A stretch of 64,000 nt of DNA from an uncultured haloarchaeon (GTDB lineage Archaea; Halobacteriota; Halobacteria; Halobacteriales; Haladaptataceae): the NCBI GenBank assembly GCA_963796245.1, contig CAWCLB010000006.1, positions 20,102 through 84,101 on the forward strand. The letters are read 5' to 3'. Position numbers and translations under genes: made by a program. Shown here piece by piece: positions 1 to 10,883 of this stretch (positions are counted from its first letter, which is position 1; each line of letters begins with the position of its first letter). Under the pieces are notes generated by a model that was given only the letters and a program-made list of their open reading frames with translations, did not search any database and was not told the origin of the DNA.

Positions 1-644
1 TCGGGTTCGTCGTCGGCGTCGATGGGTCGCGTAGAATTTCCAGTAGAGGATGGCGAAAGCCCGACGACCGTCGCCACCGCGTAGCTCGCAACATAGCCGA
101 CGAGCGCGCCGCCAGCGCCGCCGAGGACGACGACGCCGATGACGACGAAGAACAGGAGGCTCGACGCTGCCGGTCGCTCGCGTCACGGCGCTCCACGTCA
201 CCCGATTGAAGCCCTGAAACACGACGACAGCGAACGTCGAAAGCGAGTAGCACGCGATGTACGCCCCGCCGAAAGTCATCAACGGGGCGAGTTCGGGTTG
301 GTTGATGAGACGGGCGATGGCCCCCGAAAACATGGAGAACACCCCGGCCACGAGGACGACGGCGATGACCCGGTAGCCAGTGCGGCACGAAGAACGTACG
401 GAACCTGTCCCGAATCGCGTTCCCGGTATTCGGTGACGTATCGGGCCGCCGATTTCGAGGTGCCGAGGTCGGCGAACAGTCCTGCGACGCCGAACACGGC
501 GAGCGCGCTCCCGAGGATACCGTACTGGGTCGGTGTGAGCAGAAACCGGGTGAGGAGGAGGACCAACAAGCCGCTCGCACCCATGTGAACCGCGCGAGCG
601 CCCAACGATGCCTTGAATCCGCGTGCGAATGATTTTGCGTCCAT
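1..644 (-). CDS. Wzx-type oligosaccharide flippase / polysaccharide biosynthesis protein, 5' part (runs off window; frameshifts near ~370 and ~200)
   Basis: Starts MDAKSFARGFKASLGARAVHM...LTRFLLTPTQYGILGSALAVFGVAGLFADLGTSKSAARY, a typical Polysacc_synt N-terminus; ATG at 644 overlaps the upstream TAA. Confidence 0.8.
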
Positions 645-2473
645 TATCGGATGAATGTGGTGTCGTGGAATCGTGTCATCTGATGTAGTAGAGGTCGAAC
701 CCGCCACCCGACTGCACCCGGTTCACGCCGGGGCGACTTTCCAGCGTTCTGAATCCTCGTCTCGGGAACCGAAGCCCGCGATACACCGCGAGTTCCCGCT
801 CCCTGGAGGCTTCGGTTATCGGCAGGTAGCGCGGCCCGTCGAAGACCGTCGTCAACCGCCCCGCGGTGAAGTTCTTCCCGGTGGCGTTGTAGTTGCCGTA
901 AATCCCCTGCCCGCGGAACTCGGCGCTTCCTGCTCCGCTCGAACCCGAGAATCCCGTCCGAGTACCGTTCCCCCGGGGCCCGAAGTCCGGTGAACTTCGC
1001 GTCGCCCCGGTGGGCGAACGCCGTCGAGAACCCAGACATTTCGCCGTCCGAAACCTGTCCGGAGGACTGGTAGATGTACGGCGAGTGGAAGATAGTCAGC
1101 AGCGAGAGAGGGAGCATGACAGCGAACAGTATCACGACGAACCCGGTTAGTGGACCGGTGTGTGACAGTCTGTTGCCAACGACACCGACACCACGAGCGA
1201 GTGCGATACCGCCGAGCATCGTCACGGGGACCATCATGAACCCGAGCACTCGGAAGTGGAACTGGGCGTAGCTCGCAACGAAGAAGGCCAGAAGAGCGCG
1301 AAGAGTGGAATCAGTCCCATACGGCGAGGTATTTCGTGAACGCGCTGGCGTCCGTCCCTCGAACGCGGTTGAGGAATCCGCCGAGTATCAGAATGCCGGC
1401 GAAGACGCTGAAAATCACGCTCACGAGGAAGAGTTTCACGAACAGCAGTTTGATGCTCCCGCCGAGTTGTGAGAGGCTCAACGGCCCGTTGTGTCAGCGT
1501 CCGCCCCGGCGGCCTGGTACGTCGAAAGTCGCGTCACGAGTGCGTGCAGCGCCCCACCCGACCGTTTGTGAAACGGCGTCCAAAACAGGAACGCCGCCGC
1601 GAGGAACAGCGTCTGGGAGTACAGCGCCCGATGGCGGGCGATTGCATGGCCATCCCGGAACAGTCGATAGACGGACTGGACAACGATGACGCCGCCGAAC
1701 AACAGAATGAGGTTGGCGGCCTGCTGTGGATGGACGAACACGATGGCGATGGATGCCAACGCGAGCAGTGCTCCCACCCCCGTACCCAGCAGTGGCACCC
1801 GTCGAGGGTTCGTCGCGGTGACGTACTTCGCCACGAGGTAGACCAACAGGGGGAGGAACATGATGGCCTGCGAGGTCGGGTGCGGCATGACGAAGACGCT
1901 GATGGCGTTTATCGGCAGGAGCAGGAATCCGGCCAACGCCGCGTACGTCACTGCTCTATCATCGTCCACCACGGCACCGACGGCGAGCGGAACGAACAAC
2001 AGATAGACGAGGACGAACGCGGAAACCATGACCAGCATGGCCTGCGTGAGTGCCATTCCGGTCGCTTCGTGAACCACGATTGCGATGGTGTGCGTGCCGG
2101 GGTACAACAGATCGTAGGCGGGCATCGTTCCCGAGATGATGTCCTTTGCCCATCCAAGGTGGGTCAGCGAATCTCCCGGTCCGTAAAATCGATAACCTCT
2201 GATGAGTGGGAGTGACGCGATGGTCAGTACCGTCGTCCCGCCCAGCACGAGGCCGAGCGTTCGATACCAGTCAGGTGCGGACACCGCAACCGTGATTCCG
2301 AGGAGGAGCGCGACACAGGCACCGACCCAGAAGAGCAGCGGCGTCGCTCGGTAAATCGAGAGTTCGTAGCCGTGCGCTGGCGACAGATGTGCGATGAAAA
2401 CGCCCGCTGCGAGCGCACAGAACCCGGCAACCAGCGTTCCCTTCTCCAGTCGGTGTGCGTAGGACCGTGCCAT
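644..2473 (-). CDS. Polytopic membrane protein of glycan locus (GT-C/Wzy-like candidate), split by several frameshifts
   Basis: ORF pieces 1478-2473 and 644-1249 are hydrophobic and collinear; first loop GYRFYGPGDSLTHLGWAKDII; ends immediately before the flippase. Confidence 0.6.
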
Positions 2474-2503
2474 TCAATCGTCACCTGCGTCGCCCGATTC
2501 GTC

Positions 2504-2512
2504 CTTTGTTAT
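2504..2512 (-). promoter_or_regulatory. ATAACAAAG upstream motif (copy 1)
   Basis: ctttgttat on + strand, 30 nt upstream of ATG 2473. Confidence 0.65.
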
Positions 2513-2598
2513 AGACCACCTGACTCGGCTATGCTGGGGCAAACCGGACGACGGCGCTCGTGTTTTCGTTTGACGATGAAACATGACGAAACGCCACA

Positions 2599-3573
2599 TC
2601 AGCAGACGGACTCGTACACCGCACGGATTCTGTCGCCCATTCGTTCGAGCCCGACGTCGTGGACGTTCTCGCGTCCGTTCGACGGTCGGGGGGAGGAAAG
2701 CACGTCAACCAATCCAGCCACGAGTTCGTCGTCAGACTGACAGACGTGTGACGGCGACACATCCGCCAATCGGTCCGCAACGTCGCCCACGTCTGTCGTG
2801 ACGACCGGCAGGTTGCATGCCATCGCCTCCTTGACGGAGTTCGGCGACCCCTCGCTCTTGGAGGGCAACAGGAGCACGTCCGCCGCGTTGTAGTAGGTGG
2901 CCATCTCGTCGTGTGGAACCCCGTAGACACTCTGGAGTTTGACGGGACCCTCGACCTGCTTCGCGGCGGCCGTGACCACCCGCTCGGCTCGCGGAAAGTC
3001 CTTCACCTCCCGCATCGGCGGGTAGGGAAAGAGGACGTGTTTTGCTTCCTGATTCCAACTGACAGCAGTTATGGCTTCCTGCGTCGGTTGCGGGGAAAAC
3101 CGTTCAAGGTCGATTCCGTGCGGGATGACGTGACAGGGGCAGTCGAGTTCGGCTGCCATCTCCTCGGACATGACGATGACGGCATCGCAGTGGCGGGCAC
3201 AGCGTTTGCTCAACCAGCCGTACTCGCCAAACAGGTCCGACCCCCACAGCGAGAGGACGACGGGCAGTCGAATCTGTGCGAGTGCCATCGGTGCCGTGAG
3301 TCCATAATTCGCGTGAATCAGGTCGTAGTCATCGAAGGAGTTTCGGAGGACGGTCGGGAAAAACCGTAGATAGTCCGTCGGCGTCCGTTGCGTGACCGAT
3401 TTGTGCGTGCGGTGGGTCCCCGGCGGCGCGAGTGTCTCTTCGTGGACGCCGCGTGCTTCGAGAACCCGCAGCTGTTCGTTGAAAAAGCGGGCTTCGACGT
3501 TCGTCACGAGGTTCAGCACCCGCAGCGGTCGCTGGCGGACGCTGGCGCTCGGCTGTGAAGTTCCTCTCGACAC
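2599..3573 (-). CDS. Glycosyltransferase family 4 (GT-B)
   Basis: YNAADVLLLPSKSEGSPNSVKEAMACNLPVVTTDVG (EX7E motif); likely GTG start at 3573 rather than 3693. Confidence 0.9.
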   Translation of the reverse strand: MSRGTSQPSASVRQRPLRVLNLVTNVEARFFNEQLRVLEARGVHEETLAPPGTHRTHKSVTQRTPTDYLRFFPTVLRNSFDDYDLIHANYGLTAPMALAQIRLPVVLSLWGSDLFGEYGWLSKRCARHCDAVIVMSEEMAAELDCPCHVIPHGIDLERFSPQPTQEAITAVSWNQEAKHVLFPYPPMREVKDFPRAERVVTAAAKQVEGPVKLQSVYGVPHDEMATYYNAADVLLLPSKSEGSPNSVKEAMACNLPVVTTDVGDVADRLADVSPSHVCQSDDELVAGLVDVLSSPRPSNGRENVHDVGLERMGDRIRAVYESVC

Positions 3574-3600
3574 GTTGGCCAGTTCGATGGGGGAATCGGC

Positions 3601-3609
3601 CTTTGTTAT
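3601..3609 (-). promoter_or_regulatory. ATAACAAAG upstream motif (copy 2)
   Basis: ctttgttat, 27 nt upstream of GTG 3573. Confidence 0.6.
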
Positions 3610-3930
3610 CCGCTTCTTTCCCGTCGGCAGGTGGAACTTACTGGGAACCTGGCTATTTTTGGACATGAGATTGCGAGATTCCCCACCTACCATCCGAAAC
3701 AGTCACTGGATTTCTGACAGCAACAGCGTTCGTTTTGTGACGTACTGACCGCGACAACTGGGAGAAAATCACGTCTACAAGGCGGACTCATTGTGTGGCG
3801 AAGACGATTCTAACCACTAGAGCTGTAGTCTGCTCTCCAACAAAAACAGCAACCCAGTAGTGACGGAGCGTTCACTGGGTGGATTCAACACGTCGTCACC
3901 GTCCACTCAAAATATTCGACCCCGTCTTCG

Positions 3931-5004
3931 TCACCGATGCGAGACGGCAACCGCCCGCTCGATACGTTGTTGGGGAACTACCGCTGTCCGCGCCACATCG
4001 ACGATCACGTCGGTAAGGTTCACTTTGTCGGCGAGATACTCGTCCCGCCGTTTTTGAAGACGACGCTTCGCCGAGTCATCGGCGATGATGATGAGTGCTT
4101 GTGAGAGTACCTTCTCGAACTTTTGGAAGTTGTGGATGAGTCCCTCGCGTTCGAGTTCGACGAAGTTTCCCATATCCGACTCGCCGACGAACGAATTCGA
4201 ACGAATCGCCGGCGTACCCAGCAGGGCAGCTTCCGTCACCATCGTCTGGGTGTCCGCGACCAGCAGGGACGCTTCGGCCAGCGCGTCGTGGAGCAGGGCG
4301 GGGTGGAGGTCAAACTCGGAGGAGTTTCCGGGTGCCGGATTACCACCCTCGTCGGAGACGAACACCGTGACGTGTTCGGAGAGGGCGGCGATGAGCTTTT
4401 GTCGCTTCTTCGGCGAGAAGCCCGAATGGCCCACGTCGTGGTGCGAGCCGAAGGCGTTGAACCGGACGATGGCGTACTCCTCGTCGGCCTCGACGCCGAG
4501 CCGGTCCCGAATCGTGGGGTCGGGTTCGTACACGTCCGGGTGGAGGTAGGCGAGTTCCTTGAACCCGCGAAACTCGTAGTGGTTCGCGCCGAGGTCCTTG
4601 CCGAACGTGTGCGGCGTGAGGAACGTATCCACGAACGGGCGGGCGGCGATGTGGTCGAACGTCGTCGGCTCCGAGTCGGCGACAACGACGACTGGCGTGC
4701 GCGACATCGCCCCGGCGTGAGCCGCGTAGGACCCCACACCGAAGATGAGGTCCGGATTGTAGCGGCGAGTCTGCCGAAAGATTTCGAGGTACTGCCCCGG
4801 CAGTTCGCGGAAGAGCGAGAACATCGTCGTCTCGCATTTTCCGTAAATTCGGAACGGTAGGTCGTGATACTCCAGTAGTGCGCGGGTACAGCCGTAATCA
4901 CGACCGAGAACGAGTACGTCGTGACCCTCGGATTGCAGTCGTTCTATCGCGTGGCGATAGAGGTGGACGTGGGCGGGTGTGTTGGTGAAAAACAGGTATC
5001 GCAT
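3931..5004 (-). CDS. DUF354 family protein (GT-B-like)
   Basis: N-terminal NTPAHVHLYR, GFKELAYLHP, TMVTEAALLGTPAI typical of DUF354. Confidence 0.8.
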   Translation of the reverse strand: MRYLFFTNTPAHVHLYRHAIERLQSEGHDVLVLGRDYGCTRALLEYHDLPFRIYGKCETTMFSLFRELPGQYLEIFRQTRRYNPDLIFGVGSYAAHAGAMSRTPVVVVADSEPTTFDHIAARPFVDTFLTPHTFGKDLGANHYEFRGFKELAYLHPDVYEPDPTIRDRLGVEADEEYAIVRFNAFGSHHDVGHSGFSPKKRQKLIAALSEHVTVFVSDEGGNPAPGNSSEFDLHPALLHDALAEASLLVADTQTMVTEAALLGTPAIRSNSFVGESDMGNFVELEREGLIHNFQKFEKVLSQALIIIADDSAKRRLQKRRDEYLADKVNLTDVIVDVARTAVVPQQRIERAVAVSHR

Positions 5005-5006
5005 CG

Positions 5007-6080
5007 TTATCCCCTCACGAACTGGTAGGCACGTTTCGCGGCACTCATCGTCGTGCCGTTCGATTCGACCAGATAGTACGGGACAAGGTTGGCCCCGAAC
5101 TTTGCTTTGTATCGGCAGAGCCGTTCCGTGTTGGCCCCCATCAGGTCGTACCTCGTCACGGACTCGACCGGCGGTTCCTCGACGATGTCCTGAATGATGT
5201 TCCAGTGGACGAGGCTGTTCACGCTCGTCCCCTCGTACACCGAGCGAGCACCGCCCTGCCAGAAGTACGCCGCGTCGTTCGAGTAGAGCGCCGTGATTCC
5301 GGTCAGGTAGCTCCCATCGTCGTCGCGGGCGACGTAGGTCTGGGCGGCGTCATCGAGTCCCTCCCAGAGGTCCCGAACGTACTCCCACGAGAGGCCGAGC
5401 GTCTCGTCCTGTTCGTCGTACCGTTCCACGGTGTGCTCGAACACGTCGCGCGCGCCGTCGATTCCCTCGCGGGTGACGGTCACGTCGAGGTCCTCGGCGT
5501 CACGAATTTCCCGGCGGAGGCTCTTGCTGAAGGATTTCTTCACGGCGTCGGCCGTGGTCGATGCGAGGTCCAGTTCGTAGGTGAAGTACGGGTCAACACG
5601 CAGGTCGCCCCACAGATACGGTCGGGGGTCGCCGTAGGCGGTGCCACAGAGCATTCGAAACAGGGTCAATCCGGACTCCATCTGCTCGCCCACGCGCTGT
5701 GCGACCGGCGAATCGAAGCCAACCTCGGCAAGTCGTGCCGTGTAGTCGGTTCGAATCCGGTCGAGCACCGTCTCGGTGAACTCGCGGTTGACTTTCTCCT
5801 GCTTCCGTCGTTTCGGACTCGTCGGCATCAGTATCGGACCCAATCGCGGAATCCCCATCCCCGGTGGTGGCGACAACGCGGCGGTTCCGAGCGGCCCATT
5901 CCGAACGACGACGGGAAGCAACGCAATCGCCTGTTGTCCCTTGAACCCCCCGTACAGACGGAGTTCACCCGGCGCGTGACGCCCGACAGCGGCAAGCGCC
6001 GCCGGACGGTGAAACACCTCGAACCCGTCGGCAGGGAGTGCATCAGCCCATTCTTCGATAGATAAACGTTCGACTCTCAT
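5007..6080 (-). CDS. FemAB/BioF2-like GNAT-fold transferase
   Basis: FSKSLRREIRDAE, YFWQGG, YDLMGANTERLCRYKAKFG; likely start MRVERL at 6080. Confidence 0.85.
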   Translation of the reverse strand: MRVERLSIEEWADALPADGFEVFHRPAALAAVGRHAPGELRLYGGFKGQQAIALLPVVVRNGPLGTAALSPPPGMGIPRLGPILMPTSPKRRKQEKVNREFTETVLDRIRTDYTARLAEVGFDSPVAQRVGEQMESGLTLFRMLCGTAYGDPRPYLWGDLRVDPYFTYELDLASTTADAVKKSFSKSLRREIRDAEDLDVTVTREGIDGARDVFEHTVERYDEQDETLGLSWEYVRDLWEGLDDAAQTYVARDDDGSYLTGITALYSNDAAYFWQGGARSVYEGTSVNSLVHWNIIQDIVEEPPVESVTRYDLMGANTERLCRYKAKFGANLVPYYLVESNGTTMSAAKRAYQFVRG

Positions 6081-6115
6081 TCGTTCGTCTCGTCCGTAGA
6101 TACCCGCGGTTTTCA

Positions 6116-6124
6116 CTTTGTTAT
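6116..6124 (-). promoter_or_regulatory. ATAACAAAG upstream motif (copy 3)
   Basis: ctttgttat, 35 nt upstream of ATG 6080. Confidence 0.65.
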
Positions 6125-6483
6125 CCCCCACCTGCCGCGACGAGGATAGGGCTGACCAAGGTTCAGGGGGGGTCTACTCCGACTACGACAGCGAACAGAT
6201 GGTGGACTCGTCACTGATTCTCCTGCGATTAGAATAACTGGGATGACGGTCTCGAAAGCCCCCAACCGTTCGCTACGCAGAGAGGTGATTGGTCGGTTTG
6301 CGATTGCAGTTACCGAGAACACTACCTCAAAAGCCCACGACTGCCACCGCTTACGGGACCGAGCGGAGGCTTTCAGCGTTTGTCTCCCAAATACGACAAC
6401 CACAAAACAATCAAACTCACGTCGTGAGCGATATCGAAGTCGGGGTGCAAAATAGCTCCGCAACGGGTAGTACTATGCAGTAG

Positions 6484-6513
6484 ATTCCAGTATTAAATAG
6501 TATATTCCAGTAT
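6484..6513. repeat. Direct repeat ATTCCAGTAT x2, 20-bp period
   Basis: attccagtat at 6484-6493 and 6504-6513 in an AT-rich intergenic gap. Confidence 0.6.
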
Positions 6514-6549
6514 CCCCCGTTCGACTTGAGGAGAATCGACTGAAATGTG

Positions 6550-7442
6550 TTATCGACTTTGCACACTCGCTCGACCGGTCGAATTCCTCGAAACGGTCCC
6601 TATCTTGTCCGCAAGCTCACCCGGTGGGCCGACCCACGCGCCGCGGTCGAGAGCGGATTCGATGAGAAGACGATACAGCCGACGGTGGCCGGGGAACTCG
6701 TCGGCGAAGAGGCGAGGGTGCCAGAGGACGGTCATCACGGCGTCGTTCTCGGCGGCCTCGTCCAACAACTCCTCGCAGGCCGCCCACGCCGCCTCGAAAT
6801 CGTCGCCCGGGTCGGGGATTGCGATGTCCATCATGGTGAGCGGGAAGACGAGGAAGTCGTCGTCGAACGGACGTCGAACTCCATACCCATGCTGGAAGCC
6901 GTACTCGGAACTCGACCCGAGGGTCGCATCGTAGTCGAGATCGATGTCACGGTGGTACTCCCACGTGGAATCGCCACGATTCAGATGGTGTTGGCGACCG
7001 CCGCGAATCGAATGACCGAGGGAGGCCTCCAGTGCGGTTTTCTGCTCACGGAGGGCGTCGCGGTCGTCGTAGGAGTCGTAGGAGCCGTGGAGTCCGACTT
7101 CCCAGCCACCGTCGTCCAGTTCGTGCATCACGTCCAGAATGGCCGTATCGAACAGGTCGTAGCGCCCGAGGTGTTCTATCCAGTAGCGCGGCGTGAACCA
7201 CTCGTTGGGTGGCTTCTGGAAGATGGACTCCTCTGGAGGAAGTAGAACGCCGAGCGGACGCCCAAGGAGTCCTCCAACTCCATTATCTCCTCGAACTGCC
7301 ACCACGGATTGACGCCGGGGGCGAGCGCCGAGAGATGGCCCAAATCCCGGTCTTTGAGCGCGTAGTACGGGGCTTGCAGTCGTTTGTACGGTCTATCCAC
7401 GTCGTGGGTCAAACACAGTTCGAATTCATAGCCGGGTAACAT
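6550..7442 (-). CDS. Polysaccharide deacetylase (CE4/NodB-like), frameshift near 7235
   Basis: LCLTHDVD and SAFYFL in 5' frame; EVGLHGSY, GGRQHHL, YDATLG, VLWHP in 3' frame. Confidence 0.85.
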
Positions 7443-8487
7443 CTGATAGCACCTCCACGATTCGTTCGGCCGCAGTGCCATCGCCGTAGGGCGTGGGCTT
7501 CTCGTCGGGCGTCCTCACGTCGGAAAGCGCGCTTCGAATCGCATCGCCGTCCGCGCCGACCAACCTGTTCCACCCGCTTTCGACCGTCTCGACCCACTCC
7601 GTCTCCTCGCGGAGCGTGACACACGGCGTGTCGAGGAAGAACGCCTCTTTCTGGACGCCACCCGAATCAGTGGCGACGACCGAAGCGGCGTCAAGCAGGG
7701 CGACGAACTGCCGGTACCCAACCGGTTCGATGAGGGTTAACTCGCGTTCGGCCCGGCCGTAGAGACCGAACTCTTCGAGTCGGGCGATGGTCCGGGGGTG
7801 GGCCGGAAGGACCACTGGGCGGGATTCGGCGGCCAGTGCGTCCACGATGGTCGCCAGCTTTTCCGGGTCGTCCGCGTTCGTGTCCCGGTGGACCGTGGCG
7901 AGGACGAATTCTTCGCCCCCGACGCCGAGTTCCGAGAGGATTTCCGTGTCCGCTCGCTCGCTCGCCCAGAGCAGGGCGTCGTAGCCCACGTCACCGGAGT
8001 TGTGGACGCCCTTTGTAATTCCCTCGCGTGCGAGATTGGCGGCGGCGTCGACGGACGGGACGAACAGCAGGTCGGCGGCGTGGTCGGTCAGGACGCGGTT
8101 CGTCTCCTCCGGAATCTCGCTCCCGCTCCGCATTCCGGCCTCGACGTGGGCCAGCGGCGGGTCCATCTTCGAGGTGACGATGGCCGCCGCGAGCGTGGAG
8201 TTGGTGTCGCCGTAGACGAGCACCGCGTCCGGCTCTTCGGCCTCGATTTCGTCCTCCAACCCGGCGAGCATCGCACCCGTCTGACGTCCGTGGGTATCGG
8301 AGCCGACGCCGAGGTTGGTGTCGGGATACGGGATGGACAGCTCTTCGAAGAACACGTCCGACATGTCTTCGTCGTAGTGCTGGCCAGTGTGGACGAGCAC
8401 CTCTTCGTGGTCCTGCCGAAGGACGCGAGAGACGGCAGCAGCTTTCACGAACTGCGGGCGTGCGCCGACGATAGTTAGTATCTTCAT
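7426..8487 (-). CDS. wecB: Non-hydrolysing UDP-N-acetylglucosamine 2-epimerase (WecB/WbpI-like)
   Basis: IVGARPQFVK, HTGQHYD, YGDTNSTLA, HVEAGMRS, TDSGGVQKEA. Confidence 0.95.
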   Translation of the reverse strand: MKILTIVGARPQFVKAAAVSRVLRQDHEEVLVHTGQHYDEDMSDVFFEELSIPYPDTNLGVGSDTHGRQTGAMLAGLEDEIEAEEPDAVLVYGDTNSTLAAAIVTSKMDPPLAHVEAGMRSGSEIPEETNRVLTDHAADLLFVPSVDAAANLAREGITKGVHNSGDVGYDALLWASERADTEILSELGVGGEEFVLATVHRDTNADDPEKLATIVDALAAESRPVVLPAHPRTIARLEEFGLYGRAERELTLIEPVGYRQFVALLDAASVVATDSGGVQKEAFFLDTPCVTLREETEWVETVESGWNRLVGADGDAIRSALSDVRTPDEKPTPYGDGTAAERIVEVLSDVTRL

Positions 8488-9527
8488 TCTTCATGCACCT
8501 CCAATTCCTCCGTCTCTTCCCTGTCGAACGCCATCGCCAGCACGAGACAGATACCACCGAGAAGTGTCGCCGTGAGGCCGTCCGACGACTCCCGTTTACG
8601 CCGAGCCAGCGAGATGAGTCCGGCGGCGGTCCCGAGCGCCCCGAGTCCGTACAGGAACGCGAGCGGGTGAAAGTCCCGGACGAGGTACTTCGTCTTGATC
8701 CGCCAGAGGAAACCCCACAGGAGCAGTCCCGACAACTTCGGGACGAACGTCGAGTAGCGAATCGTGCTCTGCTCGTCGCCGTACACCGCCGGCATCGTCA
8801 CGTCAGCGACACGCATGTCGTGGACGTTCAACCGAACCAGCAAGGCGTTGGCAAAGCCGTAATCGTCGTACACGTCCTCGATGGCGAGTTTCGACAGCGC
8901 CAGCCCGGAAATCGCGGTGTAGCCGTTCTGCGGGTCCACCATACCCCAGTAGCCGCTGGCAACCTTCGTGAGGAACGTCAACAGCCAGTTGCCGAAACTC
9001 CGCCATGAGGACATTCCTTCGCGGAATCCAGGCGTCGAGAGGCGATTACCCTTCGCGTAATCGGCCCGGCCGTCAACGATAGGTTGGATGATCCGCGCCA
9101 ACATCTCGGGACGCATCTGACCGTCGCCGGCCATCACCGCCGTCACGTCGATGTTTTCCTCGTGTGCGCGAGAGTAGCCAGTCTTGATGGCTGCGCCGAC
9201 ACCCCGGTTTTCCGTGTGACGGATCGGCACGATACGATGGTCGAACGTCGCTCGGCCGTCGTTTGCAGTCGCACTTTCCGTCGCTCCGGTATCGCCTATC
9301 GACCCGCCGTCTTCAATCGCTCCACTGTCGCCCATCGCCCCACCGTCGGCGACCGCTTCCGCTCGCTCGGCGTGGGACTGAATCTCCGTCCACGTTCCGT
9401 CGGTCGAACAGTCGTCAATGGCGTACACTCTATCAACGAATCCGGGAACGGTGTCGATGACGCCGCCGACGAGTCCTTCCTCGTTGTATGCCGGAATGAC
9501 GACCGCGACGGTGTTTCCCTCGTACAT
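8484..9527 (-). CDS. Glycosyltransferase family 2 with C-terminal TM helices
   Basis: VVIPAYNEE, IDDCSTDGT, NRGVGAA, MAGDGQM, DPQNGY. Confidence 0.92.
   Translation of the reverse strand: MYEGNTVAVVIPAYNEEGLVGGVIDTVPGFVDRVYAIDDCSTDGTWTEIQSHAERAEAVADGGAMGDSGAIEDGGSIGDTGATESATANDGRATFDHRIVPIRHTENRGVGAAIKTGYSRAHEENIDVTAVMAGDGQMRPEMLARIIQPIVDGRADYAKGNRLSTPGFREGMSSWRSFGNWLLTFLTKVASGYWGMVDPQNGYTAISGLALSKLAIEDVYDDYGFANALLVRLNVHDMRVADVTMPAVYGDEQSTIRYSTFVPKLSGLLLWGFLWRIKTKYLVRDFHPLAFLYGLGALGTAAGLISLARRKRESSDGLTATLLGGICLVLAMAFDREETEELEVHEE
9281..9352. repeat. Imperfect 36-bp tandem duplication inside the GT2 gene
   Basis: Units 9281-9316 and 9317-9352 encode ADGGAMGDSGA / EDGGSIGDTGA, an insertion in the GT2 domain. 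Confidence 0.55.
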
Positions 9528-10883
9528 TCAGTCACCTCCAATGGTGTAGACGCGGTGAGGAGACCACGAGAGGTCGAGACAGTTGTGGCCATCCACGACG
9601 ACCATCGGGTCGAACCCGGCCCAGTCGATGCCTGCAAACTCGTCGTGAGCCGTGACCACCACGGCCGCGTCGAAATCATGCTCCTCAAGCGATTCGAGTG
9701 GGAGTTTCGTCGCTTCAAATCCCTCCGCAGTCGGCAGCACCGGGTCCACTGCGAACACGTCCGCACCGCGTTCGGTCAGGTCGGCACAGATTGGACGGGC
9801 CGGGGCCGCTCGTGTCTCCTCGACACCGGGACGGTAAGTCAACCCAAGGACGAGCACTCGCGAGTCCGCGAGCGATTTTTCTTCTTCCGCCAGCAGCTCC
9901 TCGACTTTTCCAACAGTGAATGCGGGCATGGAGTCGTTTACCTCGCGGGCAGTGGACAACAGCGGGAACTCAAGGTCGAACTGCCGGATGAGGAAGTACG
10001 GGTAGTATGGAATGCAGTGCCCGCCGACACCCGGTCCCGGTCTGTGGATGTCACAGAACGGTTGGGTGTTCGCCGTCTCGATGGCTCGATTGACGCTGAT
10101 TCCGGCCGCGTCGGCCATCGTGGCGAGTTCGTTCGCCAGTGCGATGTTGACGTCGCGGTAGACGCCCTCGAACACCTTCACGGCCTCCGCGGTGGTCGCG
10201 CTCGGCACCGCGATGACCTCGTTGTCCGTCAGTTCGCCATAGACGAGTTCCGCGACGCGAGTGCTCTCCTCGTCCACGCCGCCGACGACCTTCGGGTAGG
10301 CACCCCGGATGTCCTCCAACGCGCGACCGCTGGAGGTTCGTTCCGGGCAGACCGCGACGCCGAACTCCTCACGCGTGAGGTCGCTCTCGCGTTCCAACAG
10401 TGGGAGCAGCACGTCGCGGGTCGTCCGCGGCGGAACGGTGCACTCGACCACGACGAGGTCGCCGGGGGTGAGTCCCTCGGCGACGCTTTCGATGACCGAC
10501 TGGAGGATGGCGAGGTCGGGTTCGTCGTCGTCGGTTATCGGCGTCGGAACGATGACGACGTGAATCGACGCGTCCCGCGCCGCTTTCGTGGGCGATTCGA
10601 CCGCCCGGAGCGCCCCCGCTTCGACAGTTTCGGAAACAAGTTCGGCGAGACCGGGTTCGCGCTGAACGTGGCACGCTCCTTGGTTGATTCCTGCGACCAC
10701 GTTCGGGTCGATGTCCGCCCCGACGACGTTGCCGCAGGTCTCGGCGTACACCGCCGCGAGCGGCAGGCCCATCTTTCCGAGGCCGTACACCGCCACGGGA
10801 ATTTCACCGGAGAGGAACGCTTCACGCTGCTCGTCAGTGGATGCGTCGTTCGCGTAGAGTGTTTCGGGTTGCCGCAGGCTCAC
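9528..10883 (-). CDS. UDP-N-acetylhexosamine 6-dehydrogenase (WbpA/WecC family)
   Basis: GLGKMG, VPTP, CPER, YRDVNIALANE, GPGVGGHCIP catalytic motif. Confidence 0.93.
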   Translation of the reverse strand: MSLRQPETLYANDASTDEQREAFLSGEIPVAVYGLGKMGLPLAAVYAETCGNVVGADIDPNVVAGINQGACHVQREPGLAELVSETVEAGALRAVESPTKAARDASIHVVIVPTPITDDDEPDLAILQSVIESVAEGLTPGDLVVVECTVPPRTTRDVLLPLLERESDLTREEFGVAVCPERTSSGRALEDIRGAYPKVVGGVDEESTRVAELVYGELTDNEVIAVPSATTAEAVKVFEGVYRDVNIALANELATMADAAGISVNRAIETANTQPFCDIHRPGPGVGGHCIPYYPYFLIRQFDLEFPLLSTAREVNDSMPAFTVGKVEELLAEEEKSLADSRVLVLGLTYRPGVEETRAAPARPICADLTERGADVFAVDPVLPTAEGFEATKLPLESLEEHDFDAAVVVTAHDEFAGIDWAGFDPMVVVDGHNCLDLSWSPHRVYTIGGD

